Source: Tubiluchus corallicola
Lineage: Eukaryota > Animalia > Priapulida
DNA length: 64,000 nucleotides
Direction of reading: 5' to 3'
Assembly: GCA_030141605.1 (NCBI GenBank)
Contig: JAQGDQ010000308.1
Coordinates: 124,001 to 188,000, forward strand
In this document: one piece after another, positions 35,601-47,578 of the stretch
How the letters are laid out: every line of letters starts with the position of its first letter
Position numbering within the stretch: position 1 is the first letter of the stretch
Position numbers and translations under genes: made by a program
The notes under the pieces: generated by a model
What the model was told of the DNA's origin: nothing
The model's database searches: none
What the model saw: the letters and a program-made list of their open reading frames with translations, nothing else

Positions 35601-38600
35601 AACACAATGAAAAATACTCAACCTTTCATTAGTTAGCGGGAGAAATATTGGCCTGGTTCTAGATTTTATTATTGTCAATTGAAATTGTAAGTGAAATAGT
35701 GGAAATATATAGTCTAGTTTCGTTTATAGGAAGAAATACACAATGCTTACGTCTATGAGTTGCTGATTAAATCATTTTGCAATGAAGAAAATATGCAATT
35801 TAGTCTAGTTTATGGAATTGCAAGTTAGATAAAAACAACTATTTTGCAAGTTAGATAAAAACAACTATTTGATTAACTTTAAATAAGGACAAAATGAAAT
35901 GCTTTCTTTTCTGGCCAGTTTTTATAAACCTCAATGAGATCTTCACAGCAAAATTAATTCAAATGTGGTCAAAACTGATATTATACATCAATGTAACATT
36001 AGTTAATTTTATGCTATTTTTTGGTTATAATCATTGTTAAAAGATACCATTGGGACTTATGTAACTGAGGCATGCAATATAAGGGTCGTCGATGGAATGG
36101 AACAACCAAATTTATTCCATTTCCGTAGCCTAACAAAAGGAAAAATACAAAAACTGAATAAATCTTGCAGACGAGCACATGATGTTAATATGGAAAAAAT
36201 ACTTCGCAGTGATGATATGTTCGTATGGTTAAAGGCAAGAGAGACGTAATATTTTTGTTGCTCATTTATTGTAAAGGAAGGCTAACTGGCTTAGTTTCTT
36301 TTTTATTATACTTATGTCTCTATATTTTGTAGTACTTTGAAACTTCATCTCTACATTCTGTCTAAATTGAAAAGTCAGTTTTGACTACTAAAGTGTTAAT
36401 TTTGTGTAAAAATAGCTGCTGCTCTGCAAATTTATGTTTATGAAAAAAATGCAATCAGTTTATCAGCTGATTAGACATTAGTTGTGACCGTCATGTCGTT
36501 TAGTTTAGTTTAAACAGTTGTTGTCCCGAATGCCCCTGAGCATGCTGACGTTACAGCAGAGGCGGAGAGATAGACCAACGTGTTTGACGTCAATTGCAAA
36601 TGCGACAATGTGAACTCAAGAGAAAATTGTTAAATAAGACTACTAATTCTAGGACAAGTAATTAAGGAATTCACATATATAAACAGCAGGTAACTTTTGC
36701 TCCTTCATTTCAATAAGATTATGGCAATTTTCCTGGCCTCAATGTCTAAGACCATTTCAGTGACTAGAAATATTTGACAAAGACTGAAACTTACTACTAA
36801 TAATGACACAAAAAAGAATACCCGGATTCACATATGCGTATTTAGGTGTAAAAACAATAAACGAAATTTTAGGAACAAATATTATAAGATTGTTTTATTC
36901 GTTTACTCAAAACCAATTTGCTAGGCCCTTAGATCTTTAATAAAATTTGTGAGGAAAAAGATATGTCAGATTTGGACATTCTGGAACAAAAGCTGTACAT
37001 CATGGAAACTTAATGGAGAATTACCAAATCCCTGAAATTAAATTTTCTATTATTTTCCCAAATAAGTTTCTGCCCACTCGAAATGAATTACTACTTTGAT
37101 TGTTTAATTAGAAACGATTAGTCCTCAAACTCTGCAGCAAGAAACAGTCAACAGAAAGTACTACTTTGGGTAAAACTCTGGCCTCCTGACAGAGAACTTT
37201 CAAGATTCTATTGCCATGGCTGTGTTTATAGCTGAACACGACATGCAGTCAAACATATAATTCTAAGAGCCAAGAAGCAGTACATTATCCTAACAGCTTA
37301 ATCGATATAATTAATGTAAGAAAAGCTGCGGTTAAAGGTAACCTACCTGAATGGTTTTAAAAGCTCGCTTTACAGATGGCTTGGAATAGTCAAACAATTT
37401 AATATATTTATCTTTTCCTCCAGAAACAAGTACTTGTTCAGTAGGATGAAAGTCCAAAGTTGTTACTTCCTGAAAATAACGCAAGCTCAGATTAGATGTT
37501 ATTTATGCCATTCTGCATCTCTTGTATCTACAAAGGCTTTCTTGACTAGCCTAGACTGACTGGTTGAAATGTCAAGTGCATATGTATCTTTTGCACAAGA
37601 AAAGTGAACAGGCGGGATAGTCAGGCAGTGACTGTGACTGTAACTATAGGCCAAAACACAATCTTACTTGTGCTTATCAGTCTACTGAATGGATAAAATA
37701 ATGTAATAATGGACAATAGTGTGTTTTTACACAATCACGTGAAAATTGTAAATTAAATGCAAATGAAAATACTAGTTTCTGTTTTGTAAGAACTTGTATC
37801 CGGTACCTGTGTTTCTGTGGACACTTGCACCCATATCAAATCATGTTCCTCAGCTTCCATAACAAGATGAGGTAAATGAGCTAATGCATATGAGAATTTA
37901 CTTGAACTAAGAAGAATGGCTTAGTTAAGCTTAAACATGATGCAAAACACACTTCTCTTATGAAAATGTCTTTTCAGTTTTATTAAATTCCCTTGGCTTT
38001 GGAGAAACAGTATGTGCATATAATACAGTAACTGTCACATAGCAAGTCCTTGCTTAACAACACTAACGTGATTCAGCGAAATGTCGCATTTTCCAGGGCA
38101 CACATCAATAATATAATTATAAATAATAATATTAGAATTATTTAATTACACGCTGCTTATCCAGGGTGAAAGCTGTTGTCTACTTTTTCTATTGTGGAAC
38201 TTCTTGCTTGGGTGATGCTAGCAAATGTTGTTAGCAGCACTTCTCATGCTACTTTAATTATTTCTGCTTCGATGATGTCAACTGCTCTTTCACGGCATCC
38301 ATGCATACAAAAATGTCTAATTGATTTCACGTCTGATGTTACGGATTTTTCCTCAATTATAAGTTGGCTCTAAAGGCTATCAATCACAGTCGTGTAAACG
38401 AGGAGAAGACAAGCAATGAATTACTATGTAAGGCTGTCAGCCGTAAATGAGTAAACGAGGAGAAGACAAGCAATGAATTACTATGTATATTTATGTGTAC
38501 AATAAAGCAAAATGCGTGTACCTCCATGTGGTCATATAGCGTTCGTATTACAGGATGGTTCTCCATAGACTGTTGTGCTGTTTCTTGGGCTATGATTTCT

Positions 38601-41600
38601 GCTGGAGTGGCACTTTTGGCAAGCATCCGCTCTACATCCAATATCTGCAGATGGATCCCAAAAAATCAATGAACTCAAAATCAGATAAGTAATTTAGATC
38701 TTAAAGAATGCATAGAAGTTCAGAAAGCTCATGAAGGTTCTAAGCTAATTTGAGCTGATGCAAAAAAGCCATCATTTGTTTTTCAGATGGGTTAAAAATG
38801 TTAAATCAGTTACATTTAGCTGTATTAAGCTAGTGTCATGGTGATATCACTATGGAAATATTCCATGATAATGTGACGACATTTCAACTTCAACAAGCTT
38901 TAGATAATAAAATTTAGCCTTGCTTATCACTGTGTTAATCAATCAATATGGTCTAATAGCCCTAGCAGGGCAGTATACAAACTTGGAATATCTACGCAGG
39001 CACATTTTACTTCTCGTAGTGACAAAAGCTTTCACTGTGACACAGGTACACTTATAGTTTAATAAGCCTAGCAGGCTGATGTGAAGTAGTAATACAATGG
39101 CAGCAGGAGAAATGCATATGTCAAGTGAAGGAATTGAGTAAGCTAGCCGGTCAACAATTCTAAACACAATCAAAGTATAGAATATAAAAAAGAAATAAAA
39201 CATCAGATTTATCTCTCGAGACACAGAAAGCGTTAAACTTTTGCTACTCCATTCAATTTCTCTGCAAAAACATTCTTATAAGCTTGTAAACTAAAAAACT
39301 AAAAGTGGTAAAGATATTCAATAATTACATAAGAAAAGTTACTTTGATAGACGTGTCTTCAGATCCAGTTGCAATAAGTCGACCATCTGCACTGTATGCA
39401 GCACACCGGCAAGCTGATTTGTGAGCTGTTACATAGCAAGTCTCATATAAGACCGCTTCTGGAGCCATTATGTCACCTAAGTAGATTTAATCATTAACTT
39501 ACAAATAATAATTGTAAAAAAACACACTGAATTACAGCATTTATATCAGTAAGACTTTTCAAAGTACTACATTAAATTTTAGATCTGCGACATTTCATGA
39601 TATTTAATGTTAACTTTATGTAAAAAGTATCAGATTTATTTGAAATAATGTAGGTTGAAAACATACTTTCAGTCTCAAACTCTAGATCAATCCCCTGGCC
39701 TGGAGCAACAGGCTCGGCAATTCTTTTCATTTTTTGATCTTCATCAATATCCAAACCAATTGCAACAATTCGAGAAAGTTTGTCTGACGGCGGACATGCC
39801 GGATGTGCCTGTACTAATGTGGAGAGGCCAACGGCTAACTGCTGGTGACCATCATAAAACAGCTGGCTAAAATTAAATGAAAACTGGTTTATGCAAAATG
39901 ACAACACTTTAATCAATGATTATAAACAATCTGTTATTTCTGAAATGGTTCACAAAATACAATAAAAAGCAAATAGCACAGCAGAAACACTGTACACTGC
40001 AAGCAAACTCAATAACAAAGTCCATTTTAGAAATTGCACAGTTTAAAAATAAACTTAAAATGTTCACAAATTATACAAAATGGATTAGATAAACAAAACA
40101 TACTCAATGATACACAATCTATACACATTCGTAAAAATCTGCAGTAAATGACAAAAAAGAGAAGCATATTAATGTTAGTTTACAAGCTACAGTCTTCCTG
40201 ATAAGTATTTGGCTAATCAGGACTTAAAGGGATTGACACTGTTGGTATCTGTTACTTTTAATGGTAAAGAGTTCCACAGTTGTGCCCAGAAAAAGCCAAA
40301 GGGAATTTATGAGTGTCTAGCTTTGGTTTTGGCTAGTTTACAGTTTATGGGACTCAACGAAATCAGCAGCCATAGAAAGTACGGAAAAATAAGCAGTAAG
40401 ATAGATTAAACTGTTTATTCTGCCTTCTCATGTCACTGCATATACAATGCATTATATTGTATTACAGGGCAAGATTAATAGCTTAGTCATTATGATGTAT
40501 GCTTAGACAACAATGTTAAACAGTGCTATACCTCATTAGTAAGTGGATAGGTAATTGCCTGAAAAAATTGCTCCATCCATGTTGCCTCTGTTTGCTTTAT
40601 CGGAGAAAGGTACACATACATCCCTAAGTGGACTACGGAAGAAATCTCTGCTGGTTCATTATCTCATCTTAGAGGATTATCTTATTACAAGATTCTTTTC
40701 AAGTCTTGTTATCTCTCTAACCGTTAACGTTACGCATGCTTCCTGTCATATTAAACACATTTACAGCACATCCATTGTGCAACACCAGGACAACTAGATG
40801 TTAGCTGTGCACTTAACATGTTTTTGCGTTTTCAGCCCTATTCTGTTTTAAGGAAAGCACAATACAAATATCTGGTGTACGCAGTTGCAGTGGAGCTGCA
40901 AGCATAGCTTTTCACCAAAAGAGAGACTTTTATGTGGACTAACAGATTATGTAACTTGTTAAAAAATATAGTTATTTACCATATTTGATAGTAAATATGT
41001 AATTAATTTTGTAAATATGTAAATTTTTGCTGTCTTCATGATGTGAATATGGCTTTTGATAGTACAGACGATCTGCTTAATTTAGAGCCGAAAACGTGCA
41101 AAAGTAATTACAGATGTACTAAATTTATTCCCATGACAATCTCGCTGCAATACTATTGTATAGTATAAACGTAAGGATGTATGCAGAGTGAATATTTATT
41201 GTTATTATTATTATTTTGTTGTCAAGTGTTTGCTGGACTAATGTCAATAAACTACTACTACTACTGATCACATTCGTGGCCTGCATTAGTGACGTGCAGT
41301 CACACATTTTTCTAAGTAGATGTAATGATCCATGCTTGACTTGTCGGATCATGTCCCTTTATGTGCTTAACATTATATGTCACATTGTTTAAGCCATTTT
41401 GAATCACATTATACCACATTAACCTAAAACTTCAGACAGGCTTGCAGGTCTCCTTTTTCTAATTTTCCCCATAATCCAGAACATGACGTGCTTCAATATA
41501 AGCCAAAACTAGGCTTAGTACAGATAGGTACTAGTATGTGATACTTGGTTTCACTGTGGTCTTGAAAGAGGTGTTGTTTGAGTTATTGGCAAAAAGTAAT

Positions 41601-44049
41601 GAAAGTAATGGCAACTATACATAAAATGTAACTGTATATAATGATTGCTGGCTGAATTCTGGTACATGGATTGCTTATTACTAAACCTCATGAGAACAGC
41701 CACGTCATCTCATTTGCGGTCTGGTGAATGTTACCGCGTGAGACCTGAAGTAAAGCTAGTGCAAAGGACATTAACAAAGATAGACCTGGTTTCATTCTGT
41801 ACTCTAACTGCATGATCGGGAGCTAGTCTGCATGAACTTATTTGGTAGCCATAAGAGACATATCATACTCATGATTTCACACAGTAACTGAGATGGACCA
41901 TTACAGGACTACCTAGCTACACTTGAGACTCAGTGGCAATATCAGTGAGCCCTGAAACGTTTTCGAACATGAAGTCAGCTACACCATTTCCCATTCTTCT
42001 TGTTTACCTAGGCACCAGGGGACGGATTCATTAAAGTTCTTGCGAACAGTTTTCTTCATTAGTGCGTGATAACATTTTTAGCCAAGCCATGAAGGATTCA
42101 TCAAGCCAGTTTTCGTAAAATCTTCTTAAATTTGTTCATAGCTTTACACATGGATTAGAGTTTGTGCAAGTACAATTTCGCATATTGTGCACAGTTTAAA
42201 TTAAATTAAATGGCTATGGTTGGGTTTTCGTGGAAGAAGAATGGGTTGACAATATAAATTTCATACATAGTGAATGCATTTTCCGCAGTAGATTAGAACT
42301 AGACTTTTCAAATGAAAGTTATATGCGAACTATAATCTATGTAGCAGAGCATTGTAAGGTTTGCATTTATCTCTCTCTCGCTCTTTCTGGTATCGCAGGG
42401 GCGCGCAACATGTTGTGAGTATACTGATTGTCAAACAAGCACAACTTCTATATAGTATTTCCAGTAAACATACAATGGCCCAAGACCTTGATCATAGGGC
42501 TTTCCGAGTGCTTTTCGACAATTTCCAGCTGTTCTTATCGGCAGCTATAGCAGTTTTTTTAAAAGTAACGTAGTTCCAAATTAATGTCAGAGAATGAAAG
42601 CATCGTTATTTGCAGCTGGCAGGAGAAAGGCCAAACATTTGCTTAAAATGTTTCTACAAACTAATTTGTTGAACCAAATTGTTGCGTAGATTGTTCAAGT
42701 TTCTTTCCATATCTGTACAACTGATGCTATTGTGTTGATAATAAAGGAAATAAACTTTATTGTTCTCATTAACTTAAATTGCCTTATTTGTAATATTAAT
42801 TTCGATGCTGAATTCCCTTTGATCAACTTGATTTACTACTACACGCCCCAGTATGCGATTCCATCCATAAGTCCTTAGCGTTCGGCACTGCACAGTGCAT
42901 ATGCAATTATATCATGTGTCGTGGGTTTCAGGTCTTACCGGCGACCTTTCCCCAAGTTTTGATTAATTACTCAGACAGGGTTCCCACAGAATTTTAAAAT
43001 AAATTTCTCTGACCTTTCCCTGACTAAATAGTGATTTTCCATGACCAAGATAAGCAGAAATTGCATTACCAGTATGCATATTCAAACATTTTTGTGTATG
43101 GACATTCATACATATACCAATATATAATGTGTCAGCATAGTTGCAGTAGTGCTAACCACACTACACGCACTAAGCACATTAAATAAATTTTCTTAATCCA
43201 ATCATTATTTGTAGAACAGAAATTGAAACTTGCCATGAAAAAATTTTATTTGAACACACATCACTGAAAAATATGTTAGGAAAAATATCGGTTTACACTG
43301 ATTATGTTAGCAACCCTTTCCAATTTCCCTGACTTTTCGCCCCATTTTCATCATTTTCCCTACTTTTTCCCAAATTATCTTTTTCCCCGACCTTTCCATG
43401 ACTTTCTAGGATAGCCTGCATTTTCAAGGATTTTCCCAGACCGTGGGAATTCTGTCAGCAACAAAAACCATGTGTAAAGTCAATAACAGGAAACATCAAA
43501 ACTGCACATATTTAGGCAAATAAACTATTTTATTAAAAACAGTAAAGAAGTTTCATAGCAACAGATTCATCAGCTAAGGTGGTAATGGTACAGCTGGCTT
43601 ACAATAGGGAAGCCCAGATTGGGCGGAGGCTAACAGTTAAGTAGTAATGCCTACGTCACAAGTAGGATGTAACCAAAGTGACAGAGGGGTGTGTTGACAC
43701 AACTGAAGCCATAGTGCTCTTACACTCCTTCATCCTAATGAAAGAAAGTATGAAGTACTTTCGTAACTGTTAACTTACTTGATCTGAGCCACAGAACATG
43801 GCAGTACCATAAAACAATTTCTTTAACTGTTTACTTGATTCATTATTGGCGCCAATAGCAATAGTGTTAATAATTGTGCCAATCTGAGATTGACTAAGTC
43901 AAGGAATTAAGACTAAGTGTACACGTTATGAAGATGTATACTTATTACTTCAAAATAAGCATAAAAACGAAAAAGAGTAACCTTATCATTAGCCTGTACA
44001 GTTGCTCCTTTTGCTTGTAGCCAGGCGCTCCAGTAATTGCAGTGGTCAT
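29637..44049 (-). CDS. CSTF1: Cleavage stimulation factor subunit 1 (CstF-50), WD40 protein, 11 exons, 431 aa
   Basis: Exons 43982-44049, 39667-39866, 39343-39476, 38522-38644, 37347-37469, 35354-35429, 34947-35026, 33432-33587, 32156-32300, 31229-31309 and 29637-29746 sum to 1296 nt in one frame. Motifs seen: [80 protein letters not shown]. Confidence 0.96.
30717..30950 (+). repeat. Interspersed repeat fragment; uninterrupted paralog of 26294-27070
   Basis: Colinear with 26294-26497 plus 27040-27070. Carries a single ACCTGATG (30914-30921) where the other copy has the MITE. Confidence 0.8.
31785..31952 (+). repeat. 2 x 84-bp tandem duplication in CSTF1 intron 9
   Basis: AGAGATGTCTTACGAACATTGCGG... 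units start at 31785 and 31869 and are nearly identical. Confidence 0.92.
32755..33348 (+). mobile_element. Non-autonomous element with subterminal inverted repeats and 3' hairpin (Helentron/HINE- or Crypton-type architecture)
   Basis: ACCTCTGCTAA (32761-32771) is the near-perfect inverse of TTGGCAGAGGT (33310-33320), followed by the hairpin GCACTC-TACT-GAGTGC (33323-33338). The start resembles the widespread TTACCTCCGCCAAGGAGGTTATGTTTTC repeat class. Confidence 0.65.
34120..34560 (-). mobile_element. Tc1/mariner transposase remnant
   Basis: Minus-strand translation [22 protein letters not shown] ... [15 protein letters not shown] matches the Tc1 WP..SPDLNPIEN.W..LK..V and S.P.RL.AV motifs, with in-frame stops. 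Confidence 0.7.
38394..38488 (+). repeat. Short direct duplication next to the CSTF1 exon 4 donor
   Basis: GTAAACGAGGAGAAGACAAGCAATGAATTACTATGTA occurs twice, 57 bp apart. Confidence 0.85.
40200..40310 (-). mobile_element. CR1/L2 LINE ORF2 C-terminal fragment
   Basis: Minus-strand translation [27 protein letters not shown] matches the WNSLP...S...FK..L end of CR1/L2 ORF2. Confidence 0.65.
42976..43454. mobile_element. MITE with CAGGGTTCCCAC termini (479 bp)
   Basis: CAGGGTTCCCAC ... GTGGGAATTCTG imperfect TIR, with repeated TTTTCCCTGAC/TTTCCATGAC subterminal motifs at both ends. TSD not clear. Confidence 0.75.
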
Positions 44050-44276
44050 ACTCAGTAATTACTCAAGATATAAAATTATAATTATATATTTTGCACTGTC
44101 ACTAAGAAATGTTGAGTAACCGACTGAACCAACAAAAAAATAGTATTGGTGAAAACCGTTTATTATATTGTATAGTGTCAGTTACGACTGTTTGTACTGT
44201 GGGGGTGCAAAATCCTAAAAGAAATCAATCTAAAAACATGAAAAACGCTCAGAATTGTTCGCCAGTCACTATTGTA

Positions 44277-44759
44277 GGGCGCCGAGTAACCCACTAGCCG
44301 AAGTAGGACACTTCCGGTAAAACGCATGTGTTTAATTTGCGGAAAAGCAGTGTCGTACATGGGCGCCAAGTAGGGCACTAGCGATTTCGGTCAAGAATCG
44401 AGATCTATGACATAATAAAACATAAAACTAAACTTCTTTTAGAAAAAAGTAACTTTATAATAATGATGGGTAAGTCCTTGGTCCTTGACAATTTACAAAT
44501 GTATTTTTTACAACAATAAATATAAATTACTTATTCAATAAATTATTCAACGTGTATGGATGTTTTATTTATTATTATTACATAAACAATCACAACGGAT
44601 GGTGCCAGTACGCTTAACGACTCAATTTGCGACCTGTCTCTAGTGTCCTACTTGGGCAGCCATGTACGACGTGTCCTATTTGGGCTAGCCCATGTACGAC
44701 GCGTTCTACTTGGGCTAGCGCATGTACGCCTACTTCGGCTAGTGGATTACTCCGCTCCC
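44277..44759. mobile_element. MITE with 31-bp TIRs upstream of CSTF1
   Basis: GGGCGCCGAGTAACCCACTAGCCGAAGTAGG versus the inverse of CCTACTTCGGCTAGTGGATTACTCCGCTCCC (3 mismatches). Three ~30-bp subterminal tandem units at about 44643-44730, and one inverted unit near 44350-44380. Confidence 0.85.
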
Positions 44760-47578
44760 AACAAATATGATTGTCTAGACACCGCTAGGAAGTCATCAGG
44801 ACTAATAACGGAAATCTTTTCTGCACGATTAACCACGTGCTTTTTGTTAACAAAGTGTACACTTTGTTGTTAACGTGTTCAAAAAACTACTTGCTGGACA
44901 AAGTATACACTTTGTTGCTGGACAACCTTCAAATGTCAAATTTTATGTTGATGTTTAAATGCAGCTGCAAAAAGTTTGCTTAAGAAGCTGGCGGGAAAGA
45001 TCTTTAATTATTTATATTGCACTGTAACCGCATACTGCGAATACGCTGAACCCTCTTGGCCACTTCACCTCTAAGGATGAACCCCCAAAAAATTTATAAT
45101 GATTATGGAGGTATAGCCACTGTTATATTCATCACTTTTTAATTTAAGTTATTTATCCAACATTTTTCTCAAATTCATACTCATTCAATGTCCAATAAAA
45201 TTACAAACACCTTATGTACAATGTTTGCATCTTTTGGCTTAGAATCATGCCTGGCTTCACATTTTTTTAAATTTAACATTGCGTTTTTTGGAGTTGAAAA
45301 TGTGCTCAATTGTATCCACCATTGAACCACCCAACGGACACAGTATATCGCTTTTACAATTTGTAATTGTCCATAACTGTCATCCATAGCTTTATTCTCA
45401 TAATTTCATTCGTTTTCTTTAGACAACACAATTAACATAATTAAATCTTGTCATACCCAATTATTATCGCTTTTCAAAAACGTCAGTTTTCTACTTTGAG
45501 CAATCTTGTTTTTTATTTCTTCCTGCAAGTACATTTCCATTTTTAACTTTATTTCTCTTTTCCACCGTGATCATGTCACCTTTGTCACTTTTTTTATTTC
45601 AGTTTCAATCATTATACTTATTGAAATATAATACACTTTCTACACTAATAGATACCAACTTTGTTTGAATGGATATTTTATTAATATTTTTTCATTATTC
45701 CTCTTACTAATCAATGCAATGAATGACGTCATTTTTTGTACAAAAGGAATATGCCCCAGCGTGAAATAATTGATTTTACTAATTACACTAGTAATTAGTG
45801 ATTGATTTTACTAATTACGCTAGTAGGTGCATATTACAGGTTTATTGCTGAAACTTTTTAACATTTTTTTTTCAGATATAATAAAGTAAGCTGAACTTCT
45901 TGAGAGCACTGGCTTTTATTTTAATTTACACTGCATCACATAGTACAACATTTCCAAAAGTGCTTTCCCGTCTTATGAACAAATGGCCCAAACCCTGCAG
46001 ATTTACAATAATATTTTTATAATTGTTAGAAATTTTGTTGATGGCTTATCAGGTCAAGTTGGCTATTGTGACACATATTAATTGCTGAAGTGTGCATCTG
46101 TGCAGTTCCTGCCTTGCTGCAAAATTTTTGCTCGTTGCAGCAAAGCCAGCTAAATAGCGCTGATTTTTTTCATAATAGAATTCTACCAAAGCATCAATAT
46201 GTTGTAGGCCTAGGTCCCTGACCATAATATGTTTGACCCTTGAGCTTGACATTTGACGCAAGACCATTTTTGTGCCAAATTTGGTTCACCAATTCGCATA
46301 GGCAATAAGCAACCATTCTGGATCCTTCCTCCTAGGACGAGGAAGGATCATTGCAAGCCCTTGCCCAAAAGTTGTCACCCACCACTGAACATCTACTGTA
46401 CCACTTGACATTTTGCGAGACAAAATCTGCCTTTATAAAACTGTAATTGCAGATGTTCGAATCTTGGCTCTGCCATCTCTCCCTCCCTGGACGGACTAAA
46501 ATTTAGTTGTTTTTTAACGTTGGCACATCGCTCTAATTCCTCACGTTGAGCTGATTCAGATTCTTCCTCGTACTATACCAAACATTCTGAATCCTCCCAC
46601 CAGGGGAAGAGGTATCATTGCAAGCCATCACACAAAAACTGTCATCCATCATATAGCGTCTACACTTACACGTTAAGGGACAGAACGTGCCATTACAAAA
46701 CTGTAGTTGTGATTGATCAAATCCTGGAGTTTAAACCATTTTTGTCAATGTCAGATTTGTCGCACTGAGCTAAAATTATACCCCATTCTAACCACTATCG
46801 TGGATCCTCCTTCCCTACCCACCCTGGATGAGGAAGTAAAATTCATTGTCTAGGTTGGGTTGTTACTCGTTAGTAGATTATAGGTCACTCTAATTCCTCG
46901 CATTGAACTAACTCAGATCTTCCCACTATACCCACCACTGCAGTGCAGCTGTTGTGGTTTGTACCTGTTTACTCCTTATGCCTTTGATTTGACTGTCATC
47001 CCTGTCCCAAAGTTACTCGATACTAAAAATCTCAAAGCTACCCCAATTGGTTCAGGTATAATAGGCTTAAACTCAAATTGTGGACAAATGAATAATGATA
47101 GATGCTGTACGATGGGATAAGGTTTACAGACTTGGAAAGTAAGAAGACCTAAAAATTAAAAAATCACAAATCCAGTGCAAATGTACAGTGCATGAAGTAA
47201 AGACAAGATAAGATAAGAGATAAGTGATAAGATTAAGGAAATGCTTATGATGGCAATAATGATAAAAAACAAATCAGTTGTTTAAAATTTGCATTTATTG
47301 GCACTGTTGGTTGAATACAGATTAAAAAATTTTGATTTACATGATGTCAAAGGACAAAAAGTTAACACTGTAAATAACATGCAGCATAATACATTGCAGC
47401 TAAAATAGCTACTGTCCATATTACAGTAAAATAAATAAAAGCGTATAAGCCTTGTAGACAATGGCACAATACACAGCACCAAATAAATTATGCAACAAAC
47501 AAAACACCATGTAATGAGATAAACTGTGAGGTTTTTGAAGGTTTATAACAATAATCCTCTATAGCAAGAATGAAGATG

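Noticed and set aside
41690-41980. Penelope-like GIY-YIG end with hammerhead
   Set aside because: Only a faint [10 protein letters not shown] similarity and no intact CTGANGA/GAAA core.
43549-43575. Hammerhead ribozyme core (minus strand CTGATGA...GAAAC)
   Set aside because: Stem II does not pair beyond 2 bp, and no stems I/III or cleavage triplet could be placed.
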